Part shown: in pieces, positions 29,415-38,982 of the stretch
Position numbering within the stretch: the first letter of the stretch is position 1
How the letters are laid out: every line of letters starts with the position of its first letter
From: an uncultured Desulfosarcina sp.
Lineage (GTDB): Bacteria > Desulfobacterota > Desulfobacteria > Desulfobacterales > Desulfosarcinaceae
Assembly: GCA_963674945.2 (NCBI GenBank)
Contig: CAXXWQ010000003.1
Span: forward strand, 1,888,001 to 1,952,000
DNA: 64,000 bases
Direction of reading: 5' to 3'
The notes under the pieces: model-generated
What the model was told of the DNA's origin: nothing
Seen by the model: only the letters and a program-made list of their open reading frames with translations
Database searches by the model: none
Made by a program: the position numbers and the translations under genes

Positions 29415-32360
29415 ATGAATCGCAGAACCTTTCTCAAGATTGCATCCATGGGTAGCGTGGCCTTTGCCGCCGGCTGCTCGGCCAAAACCGAAGACAATCT
29501 GTTCACAATGGTCCAGGCCACCGAAGATATGGTCACAGGCAAGGAGACCTGGTACGCCACCACCTGCCGCGAATGCCCCGCCGGCTGCGGCGTGCTGGCG
29601 AAAAACCGCGAAGGACGGGTGATCAAGCTGGAGGGCAATCCCTTGCACCCGGTCAACCGGGGGGCACTCTGCATACGGGGCCAGGCGGCCCTCCAGGGCG
29701 TGTACAACCCCGACCGGCTGATCCAGCCGATGCTGAAAACCGACGACGGTTGGCAGCCCATCCCGTTTTACGAAGCCGAAGACCTGATCCGTAAACGGGC
29801 CGTCGCCGCCGCCAGAAACGGTGCCAACGGCATCACCATGGTCACGGAAGCCGTCGGTCAGACCCAATTGGACCTTTTCACCAGCGTATTGGCCCATTTC
29901 GACAGCCCGCCGCCGGTGGTGTTCGAACCCATGGCACACGAGGCCCTGCGATTCGCCCACCTGGAGATATTCGGTACGGACACCCTTCCCACATTGCGGA
30001 TGGAACAGGCCGATCTGCTGGTCGGTTTCGGCGCCGACTTTCTGGAAACGTGGCTATCACCCGTTCAGTACGCCCGTAAGTTTAAACAGATGCATGGGTT
30101 CGAGGCGGATCGAAAGGGAATGTTCATCCAGGTGAGCCCCTTCCAATCCCTCACCGGCGCCAATGCCGACCATTGGTTCGGTTGCCGGCCGGGAAGCGAG
30201 GCCGCCGTAATCATGGGATTGATTCACATGGTAATGGCAAACACGGACAACCGGAAAATGACAGGGAGAATCCGGAAGGCCCTTGCCAAGGCAACCGAAT
30301 CCTATTCCCCGAAAACGGTGTCCCGGATCTCGGGCATCACCGAAGAGGATCAGGCCCGCATCGGCAGGCAATTGCTCCTGGCCCGCCGGCCTCTGGTAAT
30401 CGGTTGCGGCTGCGGCAACGACGGAAAACAGGCGGTGGCCGCGGAGATGGCCGCCCTCTTCCTCAACCTGGCGCTGGATCCCGATCTGTCACGATTCGAC
30501 TTTACCAACAGCCACCGGGTGGCGGTGGCCCACAGGCGGTCAACGGTGCTCAACACCTTTTTGACCATGGAGCAGCAACCGGCGGACCTGGTTCTTCTCA
30601 ACAATGTCAATCCGGTCTTCGCCATCCCAAAAGGAAAGCGTATCGCAGATGTGCTGGCCGATGACAAACCCTTCGTCGTCTCCTTTTCCAACTTCATGGA
30701 CGAGACATCGGCGGTCGCCGATCTCGTTGTGCCGGTTCAAATGGCGCTGGAAACCTGGGACGCCTACGAAAGCGACGGCAATACCCTTTCCACCCTTCAG
30801 CCGGCCATGGGAAAGATCACCCAAGCCCCGGCATTGGGCGACCTCTTCCTCAAATTGCTGCCCGAAGATGTCCGTCCTGCCACCGACTATCGAACATTGG
30901 TCTCGCAAACCGTCCTGACCGGCGAACGCAATCCCTCTGTCACCGAATGGCTGGAAATCGCACAACAGGGAGGCCGTTTCTCAGACGAGGAAAATACCGG
31001 CAAAGGCCCGAAGGCCAGGTCCAAGGCCGTGGCTGCCCTCGAAACCTATCTGGCATCCCTGCCCGAACCAGAGGCCGGCCCGACACTGGTCGTACCGCCG
31101 TCCATCCGGTTCTTCGACGGCCGCGGCGCCAATCGCCCATGGCTCATCGAGACGCCGGATACCCTCTCCCAGATTTCCTGGCAGACCGCGGCCCTGGTCC
31201 ATCCGGACACCTTGGCCGCCGCCGGTGCCAAAGATGGCGATGAACTCGTTTTGGGAACCGAAGCCGGAGAAATCTCGATTCCGGCCTTTTCCTATGCCGG
31301 AACCGTCCCGGAAGCCGTGGTCATCTCCAAGGGGCAGGGCCACACCGACTTCGGCCGATGGGCCACCGGACAGGGAGTCGATCCCGTCGCCCTGCTGGCG
31401 TCATCGGTGGAAGAGGCCAGCGGCACACCCGTATCCGGGGCAACCCTGATCGCAATGAAAAAAAACGGACGGTCGGTTGCGCTGGCCATTACTTCGGGAA
31501 GCCGGGTGGCCATGCACCGTAAGATCGTCCCCACGGTGGAGAAGGAAAAAATCGGCCATGGCAACGGTCACGGCAAGCCAGGCCTGACCATGAACGATTT
31601 CCCCCTCACGCCACCGATACCGGAGGGCTATGACCCGAAACGGGATATCTATCCCCCCCATGATCATGCGGATTATCGTTGGGCCATGGTGGTGGACCTG
31701 GACAGGTGTATCGGCTGCAGCGCATGCGTGGCGGCCTGCTATGCCGAAAACAACATCGGCATCGTCGGCGAAAAGCGAATCATCGAAGGTCGGGAGATGG
31801 CCTGGCTGCAGATCCAGCGGTACCATGACCCGGCGAATAGGGCACGGATGACGTTTCTGCCCATGATGTGCCAGCACTGCGATAACGCCCCTTGCGAGGC
31901 GGTCTGCCCGGTCTATGCCCCCCACCACTCCAAGGAGGGGCTCAACAACCAGATCTACAACCGCTGCATCGGTACCCGCTTCTGTGCCCAAAATTGCCCG
32001 TATAAGGTGCGGCGTTTCAACTGGTTCGACTGGAAGTGGCCAAAACCATTGGATATGCAGCTCAATCCCTGGGTCACCGTACGGAGCAAGGGCGTCATGG
32101 AGAAGTGCTCCTTTTGCATCCAGCGCATCAAACAGGCCCACAATATGGCCAAGAATGAAAAACGGGCCATCCGCGACGGTGAGATGGTACCGGCCTGCGC
32201 CCAGACCTGTCCCACCGGCGCCATTGCCTTCGGCAGTCTCATGGACCCGGAAAGCCGGGTGAGCCGGATGATACAGGACCCGCGGGCCTATCAGGTGATG
32301 GGGTATCTGAACACCAAGCCGGCGGTAATATACCTAAAAAAAGTAACGCAAGAGGTATAG
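29415..32360 (+). CDS. actB: Alternative complex III subunit B (molybdopterin-oxidoreductase-like + Fe-S fusion)
   Basis: Tat signal NRRTFLK; CRECPAGC..KLEGNP..LC; C-terminal CIGCSACVAAC, CQHCDNAPC..CP, CIGTRFCAQNCP, GVMEKCSFC..CAQTCP. Confidence 0.92.
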   Translation: MNRRTFLKIASMGSVAFAAGCSAKTEDNLFTMVQATEDMVTGKETWYATTCRECPAGCGVLAKNREGRVIKLEGNPLHPVNRGALCIRGQAALQGVYNPDRLIQPMLKTDDGWQPIPFYEAEDLIRKRAVAAARNGANGITMVTEAVGQTQLDLFTSVLAHFDSPPPVVFEPMAHEALRFAHLEIFGTDTLPTLRMEQADLLVGFGADFLETWLSPVQYARKFKQMHGFEADRKGMFIQVSPFQSLTGANADHWFGCRPGSEAAVIMGLIHMVMANTDNRKMTGRIRKALAKATESYSPKTVSRISGITEEDQARIGRQLLLARRPLVIGCGCGNDGKQAVAAEMAALFLNLALDPDLSRFDFTNSHRVAVAHRRSTVLNTFLTMEQQPADLVLLNNVNPVFAIPKGKRIADVLADDKPFVVSFSNFMDETSAVADLVVPVQMALETWDAYESDGNTLSTLQPAMGKITQAPALGDLFLKLLPEDVRPATDYRTLVSQTVLTGERNPSVTEWLEIAQQGGRFSDEENTGKGPKARSKAVAALETYLASLPEPEAGPTLVVPPSIRFFDGRGANRPWLIETPDTLSQISWQTAALVHPDTLAAAGAKDGDELVLGTEAGEISIPAFSYAGTVPEAVVISKGQGHTDFGRWATGQGVDPVALLASSVEEASGTPVSGATLIAMKKNGRSVALAITSGSRVAMHRKIVPTVEKEKIGHGNGHGKPGLTMNDFPLTPPIPEGYDPKRDIYPPHDHADYRWAMVVDLDRCIGCSACVAACYAENNIGIVGEKRIIEGREMAWLQIQRYHDPANRARMTFLPMMCQHCDNAPCEAVCPVYAPHHSKEGLNNQIYNRCIGTRFCAQNCPYKVRRFNWFDWKWPKPLDMQLNPWVTVRSKGVMEKCSFCIQRIKQAHNMAKNEKRAIRDGEMVPACAQTCPTGAIAFGSLMDPESRVSRMIQDPRAYQVMGYLNTKPAVIYLKKVTQEV

Positions 32361-32462
32361 GCATGAGGAAAACGTTTCTGGACTGCGTTATCGGTCGTCG
32401 CGGTATAACCGCATACAGCTTCCTCCCTATAGCCTTGCCAGAAACGCTTTCCTCCCGCCTAT
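32357..32462. repeat. ERIC-like palindromic MITE, copy D (contains the actB stop codon)
   Basis: ATAGGC..GAGGAAAACGTTTCTGG ... CCAGAAACGCTTTCCTC..GCCTAT; minus-strand core CAAGGC...AACGCAG. Confidence 0.7.
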
Positions 32463-32526
32463 GAATACAGTTTTCGGTGGAAAGCGAAGAGAGGATTCCG
32501 ACAACCAACAACGGAATGAACAAGGA

Positions 32527-33846
32527 ATGGAGCAAATACTCACTTACCAGACCATCGACGATACGGTTCTCGACACGTTGACGCCACCCAGGCGCAGCTA
32601 CTGGCTGCTCGTCTCCCTGCTCTTCGCCGGAGTCCTCATGGGCGCTGCCTGCTGGATATATCAGATCCTGGTGGGCATCGGCGTGGGGGGCCAGAACAAC
32701 CCGGTTCACTGGGGAACCTATCTGATCAATTTCGTATTCTGGGTGGGAATCGCCCATTCCGGAACATTGATCTCCGCCATCCTGCATCTGTTCAGGGCCG
32801 GCTGGCGTAATCCCATTGCCCGGGCTGCGGAGACCATGACGGTGTTCGCCGTATGCACCGCCGGTCTGTTTCCCTTCATCCACCTGGGACGGGTATGGAT
32901 GGTCTTTTACATGCTGCCCTTTCCCAATCAGCGCACCCTCTGGCCCAACTTTCAGAGTCCGCTCATGTTCGACGTGGTTGCCATCTCCACCTACCTGACG
33001 GTGAGCAGCCTCTTCTGGTACACCGGCATGCTTCCGGATCTTGCCATCATACGCGATCGGGCAGTGGGTGTGCGACGTAAGATCTTCACCGTCCTTTCCC
33101 TGGGATGGACCGCCGATTTCGAAATCTGGCGCCACTACGCACGCGGCTATCTTTTCTTCGCCGCCCTGGCCACCCCACTGGTCATCTCGGTACACAGCGT
33201 GGTCTCATGGGACTTCGCACTGGGGGTCGTCCCCGGATGGCACACCACCATCTTCGCACCGTACTTCGTGGCCGGCGCCATCCATTCGGGACTGGCCATG
33301 GTGCTCACTTTGATGATCCCGCTGCGAATCGTCTTCCACTACGAGGCGATCATCACCGACCGGGTCCTGGAGAGCGTCGCCAAAACAATCATCTTCACCG
33401 GCCTCATCGTCGGTTTTGCCTATGGGACCGAGCTGTTCATCGCCTGGTACAGCCACAATCCAGTGGAAATGGAGGCCTTCCGCTATCGGGCCTTCGGAGA
33501 CTACGCTCTGGAATACTATATCATGGTCGGCTGCAACGTGGTCGTTCCGCTTCTGCTCTTCTTCAAGCGCATCCGCACCAACATCCGCCTGCTTTTCATC
33601 ATCTCTTTGTTGGTCAACGTAGGCATGTGGTACGAGCGCTTCGTGATCATCATCGGTTCCGTGGCCCATGACTTTCTGCCCCATGCCTGGGGGCTCTACT
33701 CACCGAGCCTGATTGAATACGGCATCATGATCGGCAGCTTCTGCCTGTTTTTTTTCCTCTTCGTGCTCTTCGTCAAGCACATGCCGTCGGTCTCCATGAC
33801 CGAGATGAAAGAAACGCTTCACCAAGGAGACACCCATGCCGTCTGA
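32527..33846 (+). CDS. actC: Alternative complex III subunit C (NrfD/PsrC family, quinol-binding)
   Basis: NFVFWVGIAHSGTLISAIL, RAAETMT, HLGRVW, SPLMFDV, SVHSVVSWDFA, GMWYERF. Confidence 0.93.
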   Translation: MEQILTYQTIDDTVLDTLTPPRRSYWLLVSLLFAGVLMGAACWIYQILVGIGVGGQNNPVHWGTYLINFVFWVGIAHSGTLISAILHLFRAGWRNPIARAAETMTVFAVCTAGLFPFIHLGRVWMVFYMLPFPNQRTLWPNFQSPLMFDVVAISTYLTVSSLFWYTGMLPDLAIIRDRAVGVRRKIFTVLSLGWTADFEIWRHYARGYLFFAALATPLVISVHSVVSWDFALGVVPGWHTTIFAPYFVAGAIHSGLAMVLTLMIPLRIVFHYEAIITDRVLESVAKTIIFTGLIVGFAYGTELFIAWYSHNPVEMEAFRYRAFGDYALEYYIMVGCNVVVPLLLFFKRIRTNIRLLFIISLLVNVGMWYERFVIIIGSVAHDFLPHAWGLYSPSLIEYGIMIGSFCLFFFLFVLFVKHMPSVSMTEMKETLHQGDTHAV

Positions 33847-34384
33847 CACGGTTTCCATCATGGGAATATTTTCCAATGAACACCATACCGCCGACGCCAT
33901 CGACGGCCTGCGTGAAACCCGGTGGGAAATCCAGCGTGTGCACAGCCCCATCCCCAGCCACACCATCGAGCAGGCCCTGGAACCACCCAGGAGCCGCGTC
34001 GGCTGGTTCACCCTGGCCGGCGGCATCATCGGATTCTTCACCGGCTTTGGATTGGCGGCGTTCACGGCCACGCGATGGTCCCTCATCGTCGGCGGGAAGC
34101 CGGTGGTGGCCCTGGTCCCCTTTTTCATCGTGGGATTCGAATTCACGATTCTCTTCGCCGTTTTCGGCAACGTTCTGGGTCTGATCTCCCAGGCCCGGCT
34201 ACCGCGATTCAAGACGCCCCCAGGGTACGACGCGTGTTTCACAGGGGATCGTTTTGGCGTGCTGGCCCGCTGCTTATCCGATGAAAAAGAAGAACTGACA
34301 CGATTTTTCAAGGAAAACGGCGCCGAAACAAAGGTCGTCGTCGACGGACAATCGCATCATGGATGGGAAGAAAACCATGTCTGA
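33836..34384 (+). CDS. actD: Alternative complex III subunit D (DUF3341)
   Basis: HSPIP.H, LIVGGKP, GFEFTILFA, DRFGV. Confidence 0.88.
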   Translation: MPSDTVSIMGIFSNEHHTADAIDGLRETRWEIQRVHSPIPSHTIEQALEPPRSRVGWFTLAGGIIGFFTGFGLAAFTATRWSLIVGGKPVVALVPFFIVGFEFTILFAVFGNVLGLISQARLPRFKTPPGYDACFTGDRFGVLARCLSDEKEELTRFFKENGAETKVVVDGQSHHGWEENHV

Positions 34385-35597
34385 GAACAATCAACGCCCC
34401 CTGGCATCGATGAAAATCTTTACCGGCCTTATAGCGGCCGGCGCACTGATTTTTATCGCCAGTGCCAGTGTCGGCGATCCGGCACGGGCCTGGCAGGCGT
34501 ACCTGCTCAATTTTCTCTTTTTCTCGGCCATCGCCCAGGGCGCAGTCGTTTTCTCGGCTCTGATGCACACGGTCAAAGCGCGCTGGAGCGGCCCCCTGGC
34601 CGACGTGGCCGAATCCTTCGCCGCCTTTTTCCCTGTTTCTCTGGTGCTCTTCTTGATTCTTTTTCTGGGGCGCCAATACGTTTTCCCCTGGCTGCATGAA
34701 GATCTTCACGGCAAAGAAGTCTGGCTCAACCTGCCCTTTCTTTTCGGCCGCGACCTGATCGCCCTGTGTCTTCTCTACGGTCTGGGACTGGCTTTTCTCT
34801 ACCACCGGCTCTACTTTTCCCTGAAGGCGAAGGGAGCAACCGGTACATTGGGCCGGCGCCTTTTACAACGGTGGGAGAAAAAAGCGGTGGATGAACAGAA
34901 AATGACCGACCGCACCACGGTTTTCGCCATTCTCTACCTGCTGGCCTTTACCCTGGTTCTCTCCCTGATCGGCTACGACCTGGTGATGGCCGCCGACCCA
35001 CACTGGTACTCGACCCTTTTCGGCGCCTACTGCTTCGTAAAATCCGTGTACATCGGCTTCGGCGCCCTGATCGTTCTCAGCGCGCTTTTACATATCAATG
35101 AAAAGAACGGTTATCACCTGGAGGAGAACCAGTTTCATGACATCGGCAAACTCTTTTTTGCCTTCTGCCTGGTGTGGGCCGATTTTTTCTATGCCCAGTT
35201 CGTGGTGATCTGGTATGGCAACATTCCCGAGGAAACCGCATACATCATCAAACGGACGATGATGGCCCCTTGGAATGCTCTGGCCTGGACGGTATTCATC
35301 GGCTGCTTCGTAGCCCCCTTTCTGATTCTGATCAATCGGCGGATCAAAACCCGGCCCAAAGCAATGACGGTGATCTGCCTTTTCGTCATGACCGGCATCT
35401 GGCTGGAGCACTGCCTGCTGCTGGGCCCGGCGTTTCACCACCATGCCGAACACCTGCCCCTGGGCTGGGTGGAAGTGGCCGTTGGGATCGGTTTCTTCGG
35501 ACTGCTGGCCGCCTCCGTGACCGCTTATCTGAAACGTTTCCCGGAAATACTCGACGGCAGGCAAAAAGAGAATACGCTGGCCGTCGAGGCCGGTTAG
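34377..35597 (+). CDS. actF: Alternative complex III subunit F (ActC paralogue)
   Basis: KARWS, PHWYSTLFG, HDIGKLFFAF..W..F.QF..IWYGNIPEE. Confidence 0.9.
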   Translation: MSENNQRPLASMKIFTGLIAAGALIFIASASVGDPARAWQAYLLNFLFFSAIAQGAVVFSALMHTVKARWSGPLADVAESFAAFFPVSLVLFLILFLGRQYVFPWLHEDLHGKEVWLNLPFLFGRDLIALCLLYGLGLAFLYHRLYFSLKAKGATGTLGRRLLQRWEKKAVDEQKMTDRTTVFAILYLLAFTLVLSLIGYDLVMAADPHWYSTLFGAYCFVKSVYIGFGALIVLSALLHINEKNGYHLEENQFHDIGKLFFAFCLVWADFFYAQFVVIWYGNIPEETAYIIKRTMMAPWNALAWTVFIGCFVAPFLILINRRIKTRPKAMTVICLFVMTGIWLEHCLLLGPAFHHHAEHLPLGWVEVAVGIGFFGLLAASVTAYLKRFPEILDGRQKENTLAVEAG

Positions 35598-35680
35598 GGA
35601 AAAAATGGAATGATGTAACATAAGGATTTGGATCGAGGGGGTAGCGGATCTGAAAGGGTTTTTCCCTTCAGCCTCTAACC

Positions 35681-35825
35681 TAGTGTCTATCCAGAAATAG
35701 GAAAATTTGGTCGAGATCAAGGCGTGCGAAAAAATGTACCGGAGACATATGGTTGATATTTCGAGGATACAATTTTTCGCGCAACGCCGACATCGGGCAA
35801 ATTGGCCATTTCTGGATGGGGAATA
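35681..35825. repeat. ERIC-like palindromic MITE, copy E, inserted in a short (CTTCAGC/AACCTAAC) repeat tract
   Basis: TAGTGTCTATCCAGAAAT...ATTTCTGGATGGGGAATA; homologous to 19437-19631. Confidence 0.8.
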
Positions 35826-35856
35826 ACCTAACAACCTATACGCCTGAGCCCGTATT

Positions 35857-36486
35857 ATGGAAATTCTGATTACCTCCTTTTCGCTGCTTACCCTCACGGT
35901 GATCGTGATTCTCATCGTCACCCGGGGGCGGCCCATGCGATTTATCACCGCCTTCGGCGAAACCCTCGCGCACGTCTGGGAAAACCGTGGCCCGATGGTC
36001 TGGATCGTGGCATGCGCCCTTCTGGCACTGGGATTTCTCTTCTTTTTCTATGCCTCTCCGGCCACCCGAATCGGGGCGGCGCAACCGATTCCCTTCAGCC
36101 ATCGGCTCCATGCCGGACACAAGGCCATCGACTGCCGGTTTTGTCACTCCTATGTGGATAAATCGATCCATCCGGGAATGCCGGCCGTGGAAAAATGCCT
36201 GTTTTGCCATAATTACATCATCGCCAATCATCCACAGATTCAAAAGGAGCACGACTATTTCAACAGCGACACACCCACACCGTGGGTCAAGGTCTTTACA
36301 CTGGCCGAACACGTTATCTTCAACCACGAACGTCACATCAAAAAGGAGATCGCCTGTGAATCATGTCATGGCGAGGTGCGCGACATGGATCGTCTTAAAG
36401 GGACCCGATTCAAGATGGGATTTTGTATTGAGTGCCACCGGTCTCTGGAGGTCAATGTGGGGTGCTGGCTAGCATGTCATAATTGA
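35857..36486 (+). CDS. actA: Alternative complex III subunit A, membrane-anchored pentaheme cytochrome c
   Basis: QPIPFSHRLHAG; CRFCH, CLFCH, CESCH, MGFCIECH, CWLACH. Confidence 0.9.
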   Translation: MEILITSFSLLTLTVIVILIVTRGRPMRFITAFGETLAHVWENRGPMVWIVACALLALGFLFFFYASPATRIGAAQPIPFSHRLHAGHKAIDCRFCHSYVDKSIHPGMPAVEKCLFCHNYIIANHPQIQKEHDYFNSDTPTPWVKVFTLAEHVIFNHERHIKKEIACESCHGEVRDMDRLKGTRFKMGFCIECHRSLEVNVGCWLACHN

Positions 36487-36543
36487 TTGGTGTGTAAAAT
36501 TCTTTGATAACGAATGGTTGAAGAAACAGAATAATATGAGTGT

Positions 36544-36649
36544 AGTGTTAAGTATTAAGTTTTACGTGTTAAGGGAATGTATTCTGTCGATTCAATACTA
36601 AAATCGACCCGATCCACAACTTAACACGTAAAACTTAACACTTAACACT
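36544..36649. repeat. Heptamer-built 30-bp inverted repeat (long hairpin) directly upstream of the ccoN RBS
   Basis: AGTGTTAAGTATTAAGTTTTACGTGTTAAG (36544-36573) pairs with CTTAACACGTAAAACTTAACACTTAACACT (36620-36649), one mismatch; inner GTCGATT/AATCGAC stem. Confidence 0.85.
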
Positions 36650-36665
36650 TTTCAAGGAGCAACAT

Positions 36666-38036
36666 TTGTCCGCTGTAACTGAAAACATAGAAACAACCAA
36701 CACAACCGCCAAGGGATTCGCCCTGACATCCGCCTTCTGGATGATGGTGGCCACCTTTTACGGGCTTCTGGGCGCCACCGAACTGGTCGCACCGGATCTG
36801 ACCGCCAACATGGGCCCCATCGTCTTCGGACGCGTAAGGCCCACCCACGTCAACCTGGTGCTTTTCGGGTTCGTCACCCCGGGCCTGCTCTCGGCGGCCT
36901 TCTATTTTATTCCCCGGCTGCTACGAACCCGCCTCTATAGTGAGCGGCTGGGCGTGGTGACGGTCATCGCCTGGAACCTGGCCCTGATCGGCGCCGTGGC
37001 CAGCCTGGCCGCCGGCATGACCCAGGGTCGCGAATATGCCGAGTTGATCTGGCACCTGGATGTGATGATTGTGGCCGCCTTCGGCCTCGTGTTCATCAAC
37101 TTCATCATGACCGTCAAAAACCGCCAGGAACCGATCCTCTATGTTTCAGTGTGGTACGTACTTGCCGGCGTAATCCTCACCTTCAGCACCTTTGCCCTGG
37201 GAAACGTGATCTGGAAACCGAACAGCGGCGCCCTGATAGGCATCCCGGACGCCATCCTGCTGTGGTTTTACGGTCATAACGTCTTCGGCCTGCTCTTGAC
37301 GCCGCTTTCGGCGGCCGTGGCCTACTACGTGATTCCCCGCGCATGCAGGACCCCCCTTTACAGCCATACACTTTCCTTGTTGGGGTTCTGGGCCCTCATC
37401 GTAGTGTACACGCACATCGGCACCCATCACCTGCTGCAGGTGCCGGTACCCACCTGGCTCAAGGTCGTGGCCATCGTGGACAGCGTGGCCATGGTCATTC
37501 CGGTCATGGCCTTTCTCATCAACATCTGGTACACGGCCAAAGGCCGCCTGGGAGAAATCCACGCCGACATCGGTGCCAAATTCGTGTTCACCGGTACAAT
37601 CATGTATTTTTTCGTCAGCATTCAGGGATCACTCATGGCCTTGCCCGACGTCCAGCGGGTCACCCACTTCAACAACTGGGTCGTGGCCCACGCCCATATC
37701 GGCGTACTCGGCTTTGCCGGCATGATCGCATTGGGGGGGCTTTACTACACCGTTCCCAAAATATCGGGAAAGCCCCTGTTCAGCCGTTTTCTGGCCGATT
37801 TCCAGTATTGGATGGTATTGATCGGCATGGTCGGTTTCACCGTGGTGCTGACCATTGCCGGCCTGATCCAGGGGAACGCCTGGCTCAACGGTGAAACCGT
37901 CTACCGCGTCCTGCCGGAAATCCACGTCTACTATGTGGTGCGCGCTGGCCTGGGACTGATGATCTTCTCCAGTGCCGTGCTGGGGTTTTATAATATCGTT
38001 CGCTCATTGTTCGGAAAAACCGGAGCGTCATCATGA
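36666..38036 (+). CDS. ccoN: cbb3-type (C-family) heme-copper oxidase subunit I
   Basis: FGRVRPTHVN, WFYGHN, VYTHIGTHHL (helix-VII Tyr + HH), HFNNWVVAHAH; TTG start after AAGGAG. Confidence 0.9.
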   Translation: MSAVTENIETTNTTAKGFALTSAFWMMVATFYGLLGATELVAPDLTANMGPIVFGRVRPTHVNLVLFGFVTPGLLSAAFYFIPRLLRTRLYSERLGVVTVIAWNLALIGAVASLAAGMTQGREYAELIWHLDVMIVAAFGLVFINFIMTVKNRQEPILYVSVWYVLAGVILTFSTFALGNVIWKPNSGALIGIPDAILLWFYGHNVFGLLLTPLSAAVAYYVIPRACRTPLYSHTLSLLGFWALIVVYTHIGTHHLLQVPVPTWLKVVAIVDSVAMVIPVMAFLINIWYTAKGRLGEIHADIGAKFVFTGTIMYFFVSIQGSLMALPDVQRVTHFNNWVVAHAHIGVLGFAGMIALGGLYYTVPKISGKPLFSRFLADFQYWMVLIGMVGFTVVLTIAGLIQGNAWLNGETVYRVLPEIHVYYVVRAGLGLMIFSSAVLGFYNIVRSLFGKTGASS

Positions 38037-38968
38037 AAATGACACCCCTTTCCGTGGTCATTGGCTCGCTTTTGATCCTGGCCACCATCGTCTTCGTCGT
38101 CGTCCTGTTGCCCTATGTGCACACCAATCAGACGACGCCATCGGAAATCTTCCGCCAGCGATCCGACGAGGAAGCTGCGGGACGGAAACTTTACATCGCG
38201 AACGGATGCGTCTATTGCCACAGCCAGTCCATTCGTACCATCGACTGGGGACTGGGGGCCGAACGCATTGCCCAGGCAGGCGATTACGTGGCGGATCATC
38301 CGATTCTGCTCGGTTCCCAGCGCACCGGCCCGGATCTCTCCCAGGATGGCGGCGAGCATCCCGACGACTGGCACGTGGCCCACTTCGTCAACCCCCGCTA
38401 CACGCGGCCGCTTTCGATCATGCCGCCCTTCGAATTCCTCGGCAACGAGGGCATGAACCAGTTGATCCGTTACGTCCAGGGCCTGGGCATGAAAAATGCC
38501 GACCACCGCATGGAGCGCCAGGCTTTCTGGAAAGCGCAAGCCAGCGCGGCCTACGAGGCCGGACCGGATGCCAATGTGGCCTGGTTGAACGAGAACATAC
38601 CCAAAGGATGGCGGGACGTGCCCAATCCCTACCCCACCAGCGAGGCGGGATTGGCGCGGGGCCATAAGATCTACCAGGATTTCTGTCTGGGGTGCCACGG
38701 CCCGGTGGGCGACGGCATGGGACCGGCCCAGCCATACATCTACCCGCCGCCGCTCAATTTCACGATCCTGAAAAACCGAGAAATCAGCGGCGGGATTCTC
38801 TACTACCAGATCATGAACGGCATTACCGGTACGGCCATGCCCTACTTCAAGCGGGAACTGGAATCGGAGAAGATCTGGGACGTAGGCAATTATGTGGCAG
38901 TCTACTTTATCAACGACAGTGACGCCAATATGGAACCGAAGGGGATCGATGCCGCTTATGAGCCATAA
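38033..38968 (+). CDS. ccoO: cbb3 subunit II (CcoO) fused to a second class-I cytochrome c
   Basis: GCVYCHSQSIR, GSQRTGPDL, SIMPPF; second heme site CLGCH ... TAMPYF. Confidence 0.9.
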   Translation: MKMTPLSVVIGSLLILATIVFVVVLLPYVHTNQTTPSEIFRQRSDEEAAGRKLYIANGCVYCHSQSIRTIDWGLGAERIAQAGDYVADHPILLGSQRTGPDLSQDGGEHPDDWHVAHFVNPRYTRPLSIMPPFEFLGNEGMNQLIRYVQGLGMKNADHRMERQAFWKAQASAAYEAGPDANVAWLNENIPKGWRDVPNPYPTSEAGLARGHKIYQDFCLGCHGPVGDGMGPAQPYIYPPPLNFTILKNREISGGILYYQIMNGITGTAMPYFKRELESEKIWDVGNYVAVYFINDSDANMEPKGIDAAYEP

Positions 38969-38982
38969 GGCCAAGGAAGGTT

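Noticed and set aside
29415..33846. Qrc complex or polysulfide reductase
   Set aside because: The fused B subunit plus actD, actF and an actE-like gene fit ACIII, not QrcABCD or PsrABC
36666..38036. Nitric oxide reductase NorB
   Set aside because: It has the WFYGHN motif and helix-VII Tyr of C-family oxidases and lacks the NOR HLWVE glutamate; ccoO, ccoS and ccoI context
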